Origin: Tubiluchus corallicola
Taxonomy: Eukaryota > Animalia > Priapulida
NCBI GenBank assembly: GCA_030141605.1
Contig: JAQGDQ010002378.1
Location: forward strand, 124,001-188,000
Direction: 5' to 3'
Length of the DNA: 64,000 bases
Made by a program: the position numbers and the translations under genes. Each line of letters opens with the position of its first letter. The first letter of the stretch is position 1. A model generated the notes under the pieces. That model was not told the DNA's origin. It did no database searches and worked only from the letters and a program-made list of their open reading frames with translations. Of this stretch, positions 25,109 to 39,674 are shown in pieces.

Positions 25109-26340
25109 ACCATGTATGAACTCCATGTGTAAAAAACTTCTAGTTGCCGACCTGTCATTTCCCTTTGTAATTAATGTTTACAGTTTGTTGCAAACAGCAA
25201 ATTCTCAGATGGTAACCCAGTTGTTATCAATGAAGGCAGCAATAGATAAATTTGATTCTTTTAATTGTCATATTCAGCAACATCCTTATCCAGTTCTTTG
25301 GCTTGATCCTTCTCTTCAACAGTAGCTCTTCAATTTCCAAAACCTTAATTTCAGCCAAGTGAACAATTTCAAATGTCTTTTTCATCTGCTGGCGCAGAAA
25401 AATACCAAAATTTAAACTACAGTACAGTAGAAGCAGGTTCTCTACAAAGATGAAGTTTAACAGCTTGGTACTACAATGCATTGACTTTTGGTTGTGAGAG
25501 TTGCAAGTGTATAGTTTTAAGCCATGGCCGAAAATCTTTTGTACGTCAAATATTTAAATGCCAGAACAATGTTAGCTCATTTTACATCCTGGGCTATAGT
25601 AAAATATTGATAAGGATTTGCTGTCAAATAAAAAAATTAAACTTAATCCTGAACTAAACTAAAGTATCTTGAATTTCCAGCGTATGCGACGGTCATACAG
25701 AGCCGTTTGATTCAGAGAAACTAAGAGCAAAAATTGTTGAGCAGGTGGGATCAAGTACCCCTTAATTAAAGAAGGTAGAAATTGTGTCAGCTGTCGGAAG
25801 GAACGCCTTCGTTTAGTTTGCAGCTAAATGGTGGACACGTAGAGCATTGTCGGTAAGTTTAACAACAGTAACACAATTTTTTCCGGTATTTACTTTTTTG
25901 ACTTCCTGTTTTCAGACTTTTGTATCTTTGGAAAAATTATAATTATATGAATGACCAAAAATTTCTGATATTATCACACAAACGTCTGTACCATCTGTGT
26001 GGTAACTTTCAAGCGATTCCGTGATCAAAGTATCGGCACGTTTTTTGCGCCACCTAACATATTTCATCGCACTGTCCTTCCCGTAATGGCAGGTAGAGGC
26101 GGTCTTAATATGGAAACAGAACCTCATTATAAAAGGAAATCCCCTGGGAAGGAGCTTCAGAGGCGTCGGTTTACTATCAAAGTATTTTGAATTCACGAAG
26201 AGCAACTTTGTGGACTATTTACATCAACACAGTAAATTTTATTTTGTTGGGAACTATATTTTCGATATGGCTGGTCACATGAAACCTCTGATCATTTTAA
26301 CTAATCAGTGAAAGTTATAATTCTGTTTTTGTATTGAACA

Positions 26341-26545
26341 ATCTGTACCGTCAATTACAACAGTTTTTTGGCAACATGCTACATTTTTTACGTAGTCCGA
26401 TGTACAAATGTGCCAAGCTTCAGTATCATTTGTACTATCTGTACTCAGGGCTATCTGTACCGTCAATTACAACAGTTTTTTGGCAACATGCAACATTTTT
26501 TACGTAGTCCGAAGTATATATGTGCCAAGCTTCAGTATCATTTGT
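26341..26545. repeat. Diverged direct duplication with a 112-bp period
   Basis: ATCTGTACCGTCAATTACAACAGTTTTTTGGCAACATGC...GTGCCAAGCTTCAGTATCATTTGT starts at 26341 and 26453. Probably inside an old DNA-transposon end. Confidence 0.85.
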
Positions 26546-27299
26546 TACGGCTAAGTTTACTACAAGTTCAAAGATTCCAGCAAATGGCTTTGGCGCCGTT
26601 ATCCAATACTTCCACTAAAACTGGACACCATTGGGTGACTCCAGGGCTTAGTTAGGTTTTGTTTATTTGAAGAAGAGTTCGTTGTAGTATAACACAAGCT
26701 ATCACACAAGCCGAGAGACGGTCAGTACTAAACGAAACCTTTGGCACCTAATGAGATGACTGCATTAGGCAATCATTAAAAGTGGTCTCGCTCTTTTTCT
26801 AGTTCAGTAATAATTTTAGCAGATGCGTCACTAGAGTTACAAGCTGCATTTGTTCACAAAGTTTGCCAAACGCGCATTATGCATGTTTAAGCAAGTGTTC
26901 CAAACTTGGGCTGTGGTTTAACTATTTATCTATGTACTATGTTTTAAAACACAATACATGTTTCTCAGAAAACCTTGTAACGCATTTTCCTTGTTTGCAA
27001 AAAGCGTTTTATTTGCTTCATTTCTTGCTTTTGTTTTTCATTCAAACCACAATGCAAGCCATTTCTAAACGAGCACACACACTTTCAGTGCACTCCCCTC
27101 ATTTACGCTTGGTGTCAATTGCATTAGAGCCATTAACTTCAGACAAATTAGGTGGAGTCAAATAAACACCAGGATCTATTATAAACATCCTCGCTGTCTT
27201 CATGTTGGTGATGGTAAAGCTGCCTATTTTTAAAGCGTCAACAATCCATGGCGGTATTAATTTTTCTTTTTCTTTTTTCTTCTACTCCTGCTGCAGCCG

Positions 27300-27308
27300 T
27301 TTTGTTGT

Positions 27309-27340
<32 letters not shown>

Positions 27341-27522
27341 TAGCTGTTGTTGCTATTGCTGTCATCACAATCATTGTCTTTGGTGCTCCTAGTGCAACCA
27401 TGTTGTTGTTGTTGTCGTCGTCATCGTTGTTGCTACTGCTGCTGCTGTTGTTGCCGTTGCTGTTGCCGCTATTGCTTTTGCTGTTGTTGTTGTTGTTGTC
27501 GTCGTTGTTGTTGTTGTTGTTG
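27300..27522. repeat. Compound (GTT)/(GCT)/(GTC)n trinucleotide tract
   Basis: Directly visible. It generates four overlapping low-complexity ORFs. Confidence 0.93.
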
Positions 27523-27879
27523 TGCAACGGTTTATGTTATTGGTTTTGTTGCTCTTGTCCTTGTAGTTTCCGTTGTCGCTATATTTGTCACCTTCAGTAT
27601 TCTTGTTGATACTGTTACCGCTTTTGTGGTTATCGCCATAGAGGTCGTTGTAAAAACATATACTGTGCACTTATATTGTATCTATAGACTGTATATAACC
27701 ATGCCACTATGGTTTACTGCATAATTAACTGCACAGCAGTTGACAATAACGTATGTAATATTAGTAACGCAATACAATAATTAGGGACTGATGTTCTTCG
27801 GAATATTGCTTTTATTGGCGCTATTTACAAGCCTATTACACAATATAGAGGCGATGACTAATACGACACTATAGGTGAA

Positions 27880-28450
27880 AGATCTGGTTAGGACAGGAGG
27901 GGTTAAAACAAAGTCAAGGTATTTAAAATTTGTACCTTATAAACTTGGCAAAATAAAAAATTGTATGGAGTTACTGTTATTAATATCGTATTGCCACAGC
28001 TCTGCTGTTAATTACGTAATCAGCTATCATAAGCTGTCTAGGAATAGCACTAGAAGGGGTGTTGATAAAAATTAAATTAAATATGTTGCTACTCAAGAAG
28101 TATTAGAACAGTCAGTTCAAAGAAGACGAGAGTCCAGTGTATAAAAATGAAGATGATACTACTGAGAATATGCTTGAATATGTTACGACAAAGTGAACTA
28201 TGCCACTACAAGAAATTATTTAGTCAAATGATGCAAAAGTGCTAATGGGTTATTTGAACAAATGTACATTGTGGCTATGGACTCAACAAAAAGAAGAGGA
28301 ATGGAAACAAAACTACACGAGAAAGAGTAAAAGAAAGTAAAAAATGTTATCCATCAGAACGCTTAGAAGACGGATGCGCTTTGGAGACGATCATATCTCG
28401 CAGAAGAGATTACGCCCTGTACCCTGAATAGTGTGGACACACCATGGAAA
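27880..28450 (+). mobile_element. Possible highly degenerate RTE-type LINE 3' region
   Basis: Scattered fragments KLYGVTV, RRRVQCIKMKMILLRI and ALWRR resemble RTE ORF C-terminal motifs. There are many frameshifts, so support is weak. Confidence 0.3.
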
Positions 28451-29260
28451 CAACGAAACAAAATAAAGAGGAATTCTTAGACGAGAGATTCAGCACGTCC
28501 AACAAAAAATTCATTTATCACGCGAAAAAGTAATTATCGCACAGTTATTATTAATAGAGATTGTATCATATTGTACACAACGAAAGTGACGAATAGAACA
28601 GAATTTAATGTTATGTTGCTGCATCATGTTGTTCTTGCACATGCAGTTAGCTCAAAGCTCTGATGAGATTTAGATCTGTGCAGTTACACACAAACGTGCA
28701 CAGTCAGCAGTAGGCAAGTTTGCCGTCAAAATTCTAAAAAAATGCTTTGCTGTACCGGTAATGCTACATAATGTAGCGTGTGTACGTGATATGACAACAC
28801 GGAACGTAACGTAACGAACGGAATGAAATATAACGTAATTAAATTCAAGTAAATGCAATTTATGTTAATTTTAAACAAATTCCGACTCTATTCTAATTTA
28901 CTGCTAAAGTTTTGGTAATTTAGAAATGACTGAAGATGTCACTTAATATTCTTATGCGGCGTTATAGCCTTAGAGGTGTTTAACGAAATAATTACACGAA
29001 ATAGAGACAGCGTAATCTTCGTTAATTTTTCATACAGTATTTACGAAGACTCTGTAATGATAGCTGTGAAGAACCCAAATGTTATCGGGTATTATAGGTG
29101 CAAGTAACCCAAATTTCCCAAGAGAATAAATGTACATTAAATTTGTATATAAGCTGGACGTAAATGACGATGATTATAGGGAAAACATGAAATAAGTTAA
29201 GAATTCATGAAGTCGACGCATTAACAGTTTGCTTACGAATTATTAGCTTGCGCATTGGTA

Positions 29261-29668
29261 CCGATCTTAACTCTTTCGTAGTAATTTTTAAACTTGTTAA
29301 AGTGTAGAGATAGATTAGGTTACGAGACTTCAATAATTTCTTCTTACAGCATTCAGAATTATAGACTTGGAAAAGTTTCCACATTCGATTACTAAACCGA
29401 TCTTAACTCTTTCGTCGTAATTTTTAAACTTGTTAAAGTGTAGAGATAGATTAGGTTACGAGACTTCAATAATTTCTTCTTACAGCATTCAGAATTATAG
29501 ACTTGGAAAAATTTCCACATTCGATTACTAAACCGATCTTAACTCTTTCGTCGTAATTTTTAAACTTGTTAAAGTGTAGAGATAGATTAGATTACGAGAC
29601 TTCAATAATTTCTTCTTGCAGCATTCAGAATTATAGACTTGGAAAAGTTTCCACATTCGATTACTAAA
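29261..29668. repeat. Tandem triplication of a 136-bp unit
   Basis: CCGATCTTAACTCTTTCGT...CATTCGATTACTAAA starts at 29261, 29397 and 29533, with only a few substitutions. Confidence 0.97.
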
Positions 29669-32600
29669 TATAAATCATAAAGATGCAGGTTGCAATGATC
29701 ATATAGACCTCGTTACTAATTACTTAATTACATGTAACTAATTCGTTTTAACTACTTCGTCTGTTAGGCTATCTATTTATTTATCTGTTTGCCTGCCCGC
29801 TTGTCTGTCTGCCTGTCGAAATTATGTTCCGCCCACACGTTTATCTTTACGTCCATATCTACTTAGGTTCGATAGGAGCAGAATTCCGAGGTCGCTTAAT
29901 GCTAACAGATTATTGATGAATAAACAAATAATTATTGAATTTTTCAAACCAATCTATCCGACAGCAAATGTGAAAAAGTCGGATGCAGTCTGGATTCGAA
30001 CCACAGGCCTTTCGGTTGCAAAGAAAAAACAAAATGGCCATTAAGTTTTTTGCACAAACATATAAGCTAAATGAAATTCACAGAAAATTAACATCGAGAA
30101 ACGATTATAACATCCATTCCAGAGTAGTTAGGACTATGACTGGGAGGATCCATTTCTGTTACTTTCACTTCACGCAATAACCGCCACACAAACATTAACT
30201 GATTTGCCTTAATAATTATTATAAAAACATTATTTTTATCAATTCGATTTTGCGGAATCTGAAAAAGTTCCACTAGACCCAAAAAGACTGGCATTTTTAA
30301 AGGAAGCTAATAGAAATGGATTTTTAGATCTAACAACCCTGAAATAGATGTCATAAATGTCTCCCATAGAACTTTACAGAAGCACATTTTCTTCTAGTCT
30401 AGTAAGTCACTGAAGATTTTCCTGCATAGAATTTGTCTGACGGTAAATTAAGTCTTATTTCCTTTTATAAACCATTTTCCAATTGGAAATCTTAATTATA
30501 GTAATCTCTTGCTTTAGTTAGGATTTTACCAGTTAAGGCGGTTAACTGAATGTCATGTTGGCGCAATCTTAATTGCAGTTTGAAGAAATGCTCAGATTTA
30601 CTTAAACATTACCTTAATTAAAGCTTAAGCGAACTTTCCTGAAATATCACAACGTGCAGCAAAATTTACATTTGACTTTTTTACATCGAAATGCAAGGCT
30701 ATTTGGCTTCATCATTAATATCCAACTTTTAGTAGACGTTGATGAACCTGGAGGCTGTTCAGTGGTCAATGGTGGTCTGGTATCTAGATAGTCTAGTGCC
30801 GGGTGAACGTGAAAGTGTACTTTCAGTTCAGGTCATTTTGATTAGTCTCATGGCGCTTACTTTCTTATGTGGGAAACATTTTAATCAATGAGAAATTGAT
30901 TAATGGTAGATGGTAGGAGTTACTATTGAAGGGTAAATACTGGCAATTTCTTATCCAAAGAGTTGATTAGTCTTGCAGTTCCCAACTGGGCCTACTACGG
31001 GCTAATAACCTCGCTATTACAAGAAATGTATTAAGATATAAAGGGGGGGGGTATTTAACGGACCAAACGGAGAAGTTTGCAAGTTGAAAGCACCACGCGT
31101 GAAGACTTATAATTCGGAATAGCCAACGAGGCTGTTATGCCCTTCTCTTTGGCCTCTATATCCACCGACTTCTGGTTTATTTGAACAATTCAGGAGGGTA
31201 CCATTGACTTATTGCAGGCGCATGCGCATGTGCATGATCCACAACTCTGTATCTGCAGGAGTGGTTCTCAACAGGTGGGAGTTTTGAATATTGATCAGCA
31301 AACTAGAATTTTACAAATTGTGCTACAGGACAGCGTACTGTTGAATTTCAAGCGTTAATTTACACGACTTCATTTCAGTTTTTCTATTACTGCTGTATTT
31401 GTAAAAATCTGTTATAAAAACCAATCAAGTAAATCTGCAACGTGCAGAATCAGGTAAGCTTAAAAAGGTGTAAAAGGTGCAACATCCTGACATATTATTA
31501 AAATGTTTCCAGGGGGTAATACGCTAAGAAATTAGACCATTTTGGAAAGACCTAGTAGGAATGATAACAGAACATATGGTGAAAAAGATGTATGGGGCAA
31601 AAAACACTGATCTACGGGGATGGACAAAGTAGTTAGATATCTGCTACGCATGTCACGAGGCCTCGTGCTATGTAAAATACAATAGTACAAGAGTTATCTA
31701 CAACAAACTGTAGGTAACACATAAATTGTTTCTTTGTTTGCCCGATTTGAACAATATTTTCATCCAATACAACCAGAGCATCATAACTTTCTTTGTACAG
31801 CTTATTGCATTTCAGAAGATCCCGTTTTCGTTCCCTTTTTTCAGTGAATCCAGGAATAAATTGAAAGGAACAACCGACATAAAATTAATGAATTGTTGAA
31901 TTGCTGAAGTGTCAAGCACCAGTTGTCATTCATTATCTAGAAAAAATGGGTAAGGCAATGTATTCTGCATAAGCAGCCATTAATTTTATATCGTTTTATC
32001 TCTTAGAATGTTTCCTTAGATTCACTGAAGAGATGGGAACGAAAAGACGTTCGGAAATCGTTTCGTAGTCGCGTTTCGTTTCGAAGTAAACGGTGTCACG
32101 AAAATCGTAATGCCCTGTTTGCATACGATTAGAACAACATGCTTTTACTATGTATCAGTATCATTCCAATACAGTTTGCTTGGCTTCTTTATATGCAGTG
32201 CATTAACTTTATGGCGGTTGACTATATAACGCCACATACTGCAGAATAATTTACACTCCATTTACTGATTACATTTGTCCGAGTAAACAAGGTCAACGCA
32301 TTGCACTGTGTTTGATGCCGAAACACTTTCACTGAAACCGATCACAATGCCAATAAAGTAGCGCTTTGCTGAAATGTGTTTCAGTAATGGGGTAATTGAT
32401 ATGGCCGCTTTTGTATGATTTTTCAGTTTACTTCCGTTAGTATTAATTAACCCTCTTTTTATGAAGTTCAGTTACTGCTAGGTGATATCCAGCATGAATG
32501 AATCCAGCGATCAACTGCAGAACTCACCTATTATGTCGATTGTTGGGGACATCTCTTTAGTGCGGACAATCCTCGCTGGACTTTCAGATGGTAGTGTCTT

Positions 32601-32950
32601 ACACAAATTCGGAACTTCGGCTAGATATATATTGTCACTCAACGAGTAGCATGGCAGATAAAACGTAAAAGAAAAAGTTTTGGCGGTCGCTCCTCCATTT
32701 CCTGCCCTGGCTCGGCGTTATTTAATTTCGGTCGCTAAGCACACATTAACTTCTCAATTGATCCCTGTCCTAGCTGTTATAGAAATTGTTTTTTTAAGAA
32801 GCCCATCGAGATAATTGTTCCAGTTCGTGAATTTGACATTTGATTTGGGTACTAAAAGTTACTGTGGGAGTAAAGTAAACATTGAGCGGTCAGTCAGGAC
32901 AAGAACAAACGAATTTCAGCCGACACGTGGTTAGGCAAAGACACTATGAC

Positions 32951-33103
32951 GCAGAAACAAAGTGGTCCTTGATGCAGCAATAAAGTGGTCCATGAGGCAG
33001 CAATAAAATGGTCCATGAAGCAGTAAAAAAGTGGCCCATGAGGGAGTAGTAAAATGCCCGAGGAAGCAGAAATAAAGTGGTCGGTGAAGCAGCAATAAAT
33101 GAT
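32951..33103. repeat. Diverged 23-bp minisatellite (6-7 units)
   Basis: Consensus approximately GCAGCAATAAAGTGGTCCATGAA. Confidence 0.85.
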
Positions 33104-34218
33104 CAACAAAAGGTGAAGCAAAAACTTCATGTAAAAAAGTCTTTTTACGCAGAATATGCCTACCTACCTACCTGCCTACCTACCTGCCTGCCTGCCTGCC
33201 TATCTCCCACCTAGCTACCTACCTACCTGCCTGCCTGCCTGCCTACCTACCTACCTATAAATGGCATTTGAGTGGCTATTTTTTTCCTGTTTGTAATAAA
33301 TCTCTTGCTCCAGGTCTTATGTTTTAGTAAGAAGCCACTAGAATATTTTTATCAGTACAATGAAGAAATTTTGCTAAAAACGGTTTCAAATTTTTCCCTT
33401 TAACTTTTCTAATCTTACCAAACGAAAACACAAATCCAACGAATTTTTATGTATAGTAGGATTTGTGAAGGAGGGGTACATGTGCACGTGAATCAACATG
33501 CTCGGTTTGGAATGGTTAGAGGAGGCATTACAGTCCACTGTAAAATCCAATAGTAAATCCTGTTTACAGCATAATTACAGTGCGAAGTAGAAACAGATGG
33601 CATTAAACTTTGCTAAATTGAATCCAGTAGGATGTAATTCGTAGTGCTATTGACAGAAATCAGCTTGAATGAGAGAAGAAATGTTTATTTGAAGCTTTCA
33701 GGACAGGGCTAAGTAAAGCTTGCAAGTTGCAATCAATTAATAAATGCGCTCTGTCAAGGAAAACAGGATTATTTTTCGCAGTCTACCTCACTTTTTGAAG
33801 TGCAGTAAATATATGCTTTAGCACCTATAATTACGCAAAAGTATTTCTGGCAATTAAATAATAGGTTAAAAAGTTAATTAACGACTGGCAAGCCCAGCTA
33901 GTGATGATTTCATGATTGAACATAATTTTCAACAGCACAAACATTCCATGAGCGTGTTGCACATGTTTGCAAAAGCGAAACTTGAAGTACAGTGCAACAT
34001 TCGGTGTAATACACAAAAAACTCGGGAAATTATAAATTTAAAAACGGGAGATACGGCGCCTGTATTTTTTCTGCAACGTGTTCACAGATGCAGACGCTAT
34101 TGGCTTCCGTCCATCTAACTAGCAAATGGCGAAATGCATGTACCAGCGAAGAACTTTCTGTGCTAAGACATTTGCTAGAAACTAATATAAGAAAAACAAC
34201 GTCTCTTGCATTGAGCTA

Positions 34219-34275
34219 ATTTGTTTGTCACCTGTGAAGACTTAGTATGAAAGTCGAGATTTTGAAGAAACAAAT
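34219..34275 (+). ncRNA. Degenerate minimal hammerhead relic (Penelope type)
   Basis: ATTTGTTTGTCA-CCTGTGA-A-GACTT-AGTATGA-AAGTC-GAGA-TTT-TGA-AG-AAACAAAT. Stems I and II are intact but both core boxes are mutated. Followed by AATAAA. Confidence 0.4.
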
Positions 34276-34343
34276 AAAAAGCGATCGTTCAAAATGTTTT
34301 TAATGTAATTTCTACCTGCAACGCATGAAATTATAGTAATATA

Positions 34344-34473
<130 letters not shown>

Positions 34474-36474
34474 CTTTATTTAAAAAGTCGCCTTTTTGGA
34501 TCAACAATTAACATAAGCTCCAAAGAGCTTTTGGGCCGACTGTAAATAACAATCTACAACTACATAACAGAGATTATTATTACCCCATTACACCATTACG
34601 CCTTACTACTAACTAAACCGTCTGGCACAAACCAATTACATTGAAGCATTGAATTCTTCCATGTATAACTTGTTGTTTTTCCATTTTCAAGGACACCCTT
34701 GTAGCTACTGGTTATATAACAGATAAATTTCAGTTTGTCAATTTTGTCATCTAATGCTTGCAAATTTGTAACAAGTTTTGACGCGTGCCGTTTACGTTTG
34801 TCTCAGTCAAGATATTGTCCTCTACCGTTTAAATATTCTCCCTCTCCAGTTTATATTGCGATTAAAATATTTCTATATCGTAAATATTTTAGCAAAGTAG
34901 TTCAGTGCAAATTGGATCGCGCAAAAAGTAATGTAATTCGTTTTAGATAATAAAAAGACTGGCAGAGTCAGAAAATTCCTAAGCAAAATAAGAAGATATC
35001 TGTCAATGAAGAAATCGAACATTCTTGATGATAAACATTCTATAAGCTAGAATAAATTCTTGTTTCTTTTCACGCGTCAGTCTGTCGGTCGGTCGGTCGG
35101 TCGGTTAGTCGGTCAGTCAGTCAGTCAGCTAGTCAATCAGTCAGCAGCTAGCTAGCCAGTTAATCAGTTAGTCAGTCAGTCAGTCAGTCAGTCAGTCACT
35201 CACTCACTCACTCAGCCAGTCAACCAGTCCGTCATTCAGTTGTTAACTACGCAGTCGACCAAATAAAGAATGAACAGCCCTCAGCAACACATGTAGTTCC
35301 TAGCTAAAGAAGTCAGTCAGTTTGTCAGTCAGTCATTTACTGGGTTGCCTTATCCATCAAGTCATCTATAATGGGGGACGATTGGCACTTCCGTTTAATC
35401 CAAAACTTGATGTCCGGTGTCGGACGCTGTCACCTAGTGTGCCATCGCCGTAGAATAACAATGACGGTGAAAATACACGGTCATACTTCCGTTTCCGTGT
35501 ATTTCATTTATGGACAAAATTTCCAAAACGAATCATCTTTCATTCCACAGTTCTTCGCAAGGCAAATTTGGTTACAAATTTGTGACTAGAAAAAGCATTC
35601 GTGTGGCTCAATCAATGGAGACGGTGTGTATTCTGAATGTGAATTGTTTTAATGAGCGATTGACTGAAACCACTTATTGGTAAAGAGTTTACCAACATGA
35701 TGAATAGAGGTGATCGTGTAGAGTTCGCCAGTGAATATAAATGTTGCAGATGTGATAGTTATTACAACGAAATGTAAATGTGAACCTGAATTCCAGTCGT
35801 ACAGTAATCAGCACTCTGTGCTTTCCGCTGTAAGCTTGGGGTGAATTCAGTTCGAACGAGTTTTTTAATTCAAATTCTATTCGAACTTAAAATTTTGGAT
35901 TTGAGTAATTCAGCACTTTACTACAAAAGTTCCTTAAGATTAAACCGTTTCAAACGTTATGCAAACTCCATTATTTAGCTGCTATTTCAGTGCACGATTT
36001 TTACCCAAATTGTTAGTATTTTTTTGCTTTGGTACAAAATTAAGCAATATGCGTGATCTTTGCGAGACTATTTTTTCGAGTTCGATTTGGATTTGAAATT
36101 TTGAAACTCGGTTTGAGCGATTTCGAAAGTCAAAAATTTGATTCGATTCGAATTCGCACTTGGGCTAAAGTTTACAATTCCCCACACACAATGTTAGGTC
36201 TAGGGTTACAGTACTTAAAATTTCGTGGGGAATTGTAAACTCCTTCTTTGCTTTCTGATAGAGAATGCTCACCCCCTACTATAAGCTGACGCTACTATAC
36301 ATACGTTTCAAAATTTTAGTAAGAAAATTGTTGTGCAACCACACGGAAACACCAAATAACAGTACTCTCACGAGTGAGCAGTCTGACCATAATCACCATT
36401 GTTTTTGATGTATTTAGTTCTCTTCGATCAGAAGATAAGCTCGAATTTAAATAAAGATCTTATCTTATCTTGTA

Positions 36475-36604
36475 TTGCCCTGCCCTGCCCTGCCCTGCCC
36501 TGCCCTGCCCTGTCCTGTCCTGTCCTGTCCTGTCCTGTCCTGTCCTGTCCTGTCCTGTCCCGCCATGTCCTGTCCAATCCTGTCCTGTCCTGTCCTGTCC
36601 TGTC
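36475..36604. repeat. (CCCTG)n grading into (TCCTG)n pentanucleotide repeat
   Basis: Directly visible. Confidence 0.95.
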
Positions 36605-37075
36605 TTATCTTCTGATCGATTTTTAGAAACTTACGCAGGGATTTTAAGGACTATCCATGATAAGATTTCATGAAGCAGTAATTTGTTTGAAAAATACATG
36701 GACATAGGATGCAGAATAAATATAGCTCTATTGGGTACATACAGCATGGTAATTAATTAGCTTCGTGTTCGTGATTACAGATATTTCTACATAATTAACA
36801 TAATGTGCGAGATCACATACTGGTCCCAAGGCAGAGAATTCTCTAGAATGCTTACTTGAAATAACAACACATAACAACAATAGCAGCAGCAGTCGCAACC
36901 GCGACCACGACAAAGATGGCAACAAGAACAAATAATATCTTATCAATGCGGTATGTTATTCTTAAAAATATTCTGCCTAGATTTGGTTAAAATTAAAATT
37001 AATGCATGAATGAGTAGTTTCGTTTCTAAGTGCACTAAAGCGAGACAAAAAAAGAATTGTCAACTCTTTCCTTAA

Positions 37076-37679
37076 AGGGGACAGGACCCAATCTTAAGCT
37101 ATAGCTAAAAGTAATCTAATGTGTAAAATATTAAAAGTGCACATAATTGTTTTTTTATGTGACTTACGTAAAAGAATTATTACCACCAAAGTTTAATTTT
37201 GCGTGCGCTCGGTGTTCATGCGCCATTAGCTACAGTAGTTAAATAGACATAGTATCTGCATCTCGAAAACACATTGCATAAAAAACAAGCACTGTACGTC
37301 TCTGTTCAGTTCTGACGTATTACCTTTTTTTGGTGAAATAGCATGACAACACGGCGGTTTTAAGTTTTAAAGTTTTAAACATAAATTCGACAAGTTTTTT
37401 GTGTACCACAGTCAATGTTGTACAGTAGCATTATACTTCCATTTCTGTTTTTTGCAAACACTTGCATCAAGCTCGTTGAATGTTTGGCTGTTACAAAACT
37501 GTGTTCAGTTCTGACGTCATCGCTTGCTGGTATCTCCAGCCGTCAGTTAAGTTTTTAAACTATTATTTTATTATCACAAACACTTTAGCATTATTATAGA
37601 TGCTAAAATGTATGCGGTATACTTTTTGCTGTATACTTATAAATATAGGGCGGCATGTGAAAAATCATCCTGTTTTCCT
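37076..37679 (+). mobile_element. Kolobok-like family A, copy 2 (604 bp)
   Basis: TTAA flanks at 37072-37075 and 37680-37683. Termini AGGGGACAGGACCCAATCTTAA...AAAATCATCCTGTTTTCCT. Homologous to 6615-7222. Confidence 0.8.
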
Positions 37680-39554
37680 TTAACTAGTTTTCGCTTGTTT
37701 TTTTTTCTTAATTAAATTGATCACAAATATTTATGGTTAAATAGCTACTTAATTTTTGCACATTTGTACGACCCGTGAAGGTGCAAAAACGAATCACTTT
37801 CTCCAGTAAACATCCTTGCAATTTTATTTATTTATGATGAGTTACGAAAATCATTTACGATGAGTTAATAGAAACTCTTCAGTTTCTTAAGATGTTAGTA
37901 AAATGTTCTCAAGTTTTTTTTTGAGATGCCGTAAAAATTTCTACGACATTAAAGATTGACATGAAATGAAAACGGCATTAAAGTAGGCAGCCTGACAATG
38001 GTCATGAAACACGATGGACGATTGACTTCAACGACCTTTCTAGTGCCTCTAAATTGGATTTATTTGCTCACGAAACAACGCAACTCCTGTTGTCAAGCTG
38101 AATGAGCCTAACTAAGCATCACTAACAATGCTTCACATTTCGTTACTCGCATTAGACACGTGTCCTGCGAGCAAATGACAGTTTCCCGGTTTTCTTTACT
38201 TTCACAGTTTTTAGTTTGTATAGAAATTGTAATGAAATTACCTGTATTCACCATCGTTAAAATTAAGTGAGAGAGATATCACTGCATACAGTGGCTGAAT
38301 TTTTGCTGACGTCTTAAATATATGAACAACTTGTGGGTTTCTGTAGTCTTACCACAGTAATTTCTCTATGGGTCTCTGTGTGCAATTTCTTTTACAGAAA
38401 CAAAGAAGAATTGAATTAAATTGTTGAAAGTACTGGTATGGGCAAGAAACGTTGAACGCACTAGGCACAGAAGTTACTAGAACTAGAAGTAGATATAATA
38501 TAAATGTTTCGGTGTTTTTTCTAATATTGTAATCTATTTTCTAAATTTTATCCTACTTTTTATCCTCAGAAATAACAAATTCAACAAAGTTGCTGAGGAA
38601 ATGAGTCATAACAGCAGTCTCATTGAGAAATTCCGGTGACTGTGTACCCGACGTCGATTAGTCGCCACCAGAGCTACGAATGGCGACAATATAGGTTATT
38701 AAAACAAGTGCACGTTCTTTATTCAGAATTAAGTGATTCTTTTCATGGTTTTGTCGGCTTTAATCTATTACGGTCTTTTCCGGTACGAGGTCGCCTATTA
38801 TTTGGTGAACCCTTTACACGTGAGCGTAAGAGTATTACTTGATTGTCAGCAATTAAACGTGGACAAATTAATTGCAGACGATCACTTAATTACATACAGG
38901 TAGCCGTTTAATTTTAGTAGGCAGTATGTATATGTCTTGGATTTGTGTACAGTTTCCACATACGGGTGATTTAATTGAGGCAACTTCATGTAAGAATGTC
39001 AAGGATTACTCATCCAAATGACATCCCGCCTCACTCAAGAGGGAGTTACTGAAATTACAAGGGGGCGGTGAGTGGATGCAGAGATAAAATTTGAAAGCCC
39101 ACTTGTGCTTTAGGGCGCAAAACTCGCCTTTTCATTTCAAATTATTGACTCGTCTTAGAGCGAAATAGAAGCCATTTCTATGAAACAATAGCCTGTGTCC
39201 ATATCTAATCACAGGCCAGCCTGTAGCTGTATTTCGAATAGGACTAGTTCAGTCAATGTCATCTCAATCTGAGGAATTTCCCTGGAGGTGGACACACTGC
39301 AAGTCAAATAGCTTTACAGGGCCCAATTAACCTTTACAAAATTGAACGCTGCGTTTCGAATGTATCGAATCTTGCTTGTAAAGTCTTTAAATGACTATAA
39401 AAGTTTGAAAAATGAAGAAAATTTTAAAAACAGAAACAAATCATAAAAAATATTTTATTTTCATTCGACATTTACGATAGATGGCTAGCACACAGTTTTG
39501 CCGCAGAAACAAACGTTTTGCTACGGAAATAGAGAGATCTCTATATGTCTCTGT

Positions 39555-39674
39555 GACTACGGCGAAATCACGTTGAAAACACCGGTTCTCGTCTGATCAC
39601 CGAAGTTAAACAACGTAGAGCCTGGTTAGTACTTGGATAGGTGACCGCCTAGGAATATCAGGTGCTGTAGGCTT
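39555..39674 (+). pseudogene. Full-length 5S rRNA-derived sequence (120 nt) forming a SINE head
   Basis: GACTACGGCGAAATCACGTTGAAAACACCGGTTCTCGTCTGATCACCGAAGTTAAACAACG...GGTGCTGTAGGCTT is colinear with animal 5S rRNA. It has substitutions in box A and box C and no oligo-T terminator downstream. Confidence 0.93.

Noticed and set aside
25130-25500. Degenerate minus-strand coding-like stretch (QQMKKTFE...EIEELL...ELDKDVAEY)
   Set aside because: It may be a transposase relic, but I could not assign a family from the sequence alone.
39555-39674. Functional 5S rRNA gene
   Set aside because: It has substitutions at the 5' end and in boxes A and C, no oligo-T terminator, is a single copy here, and continues into a body with a (CAA)n tail.
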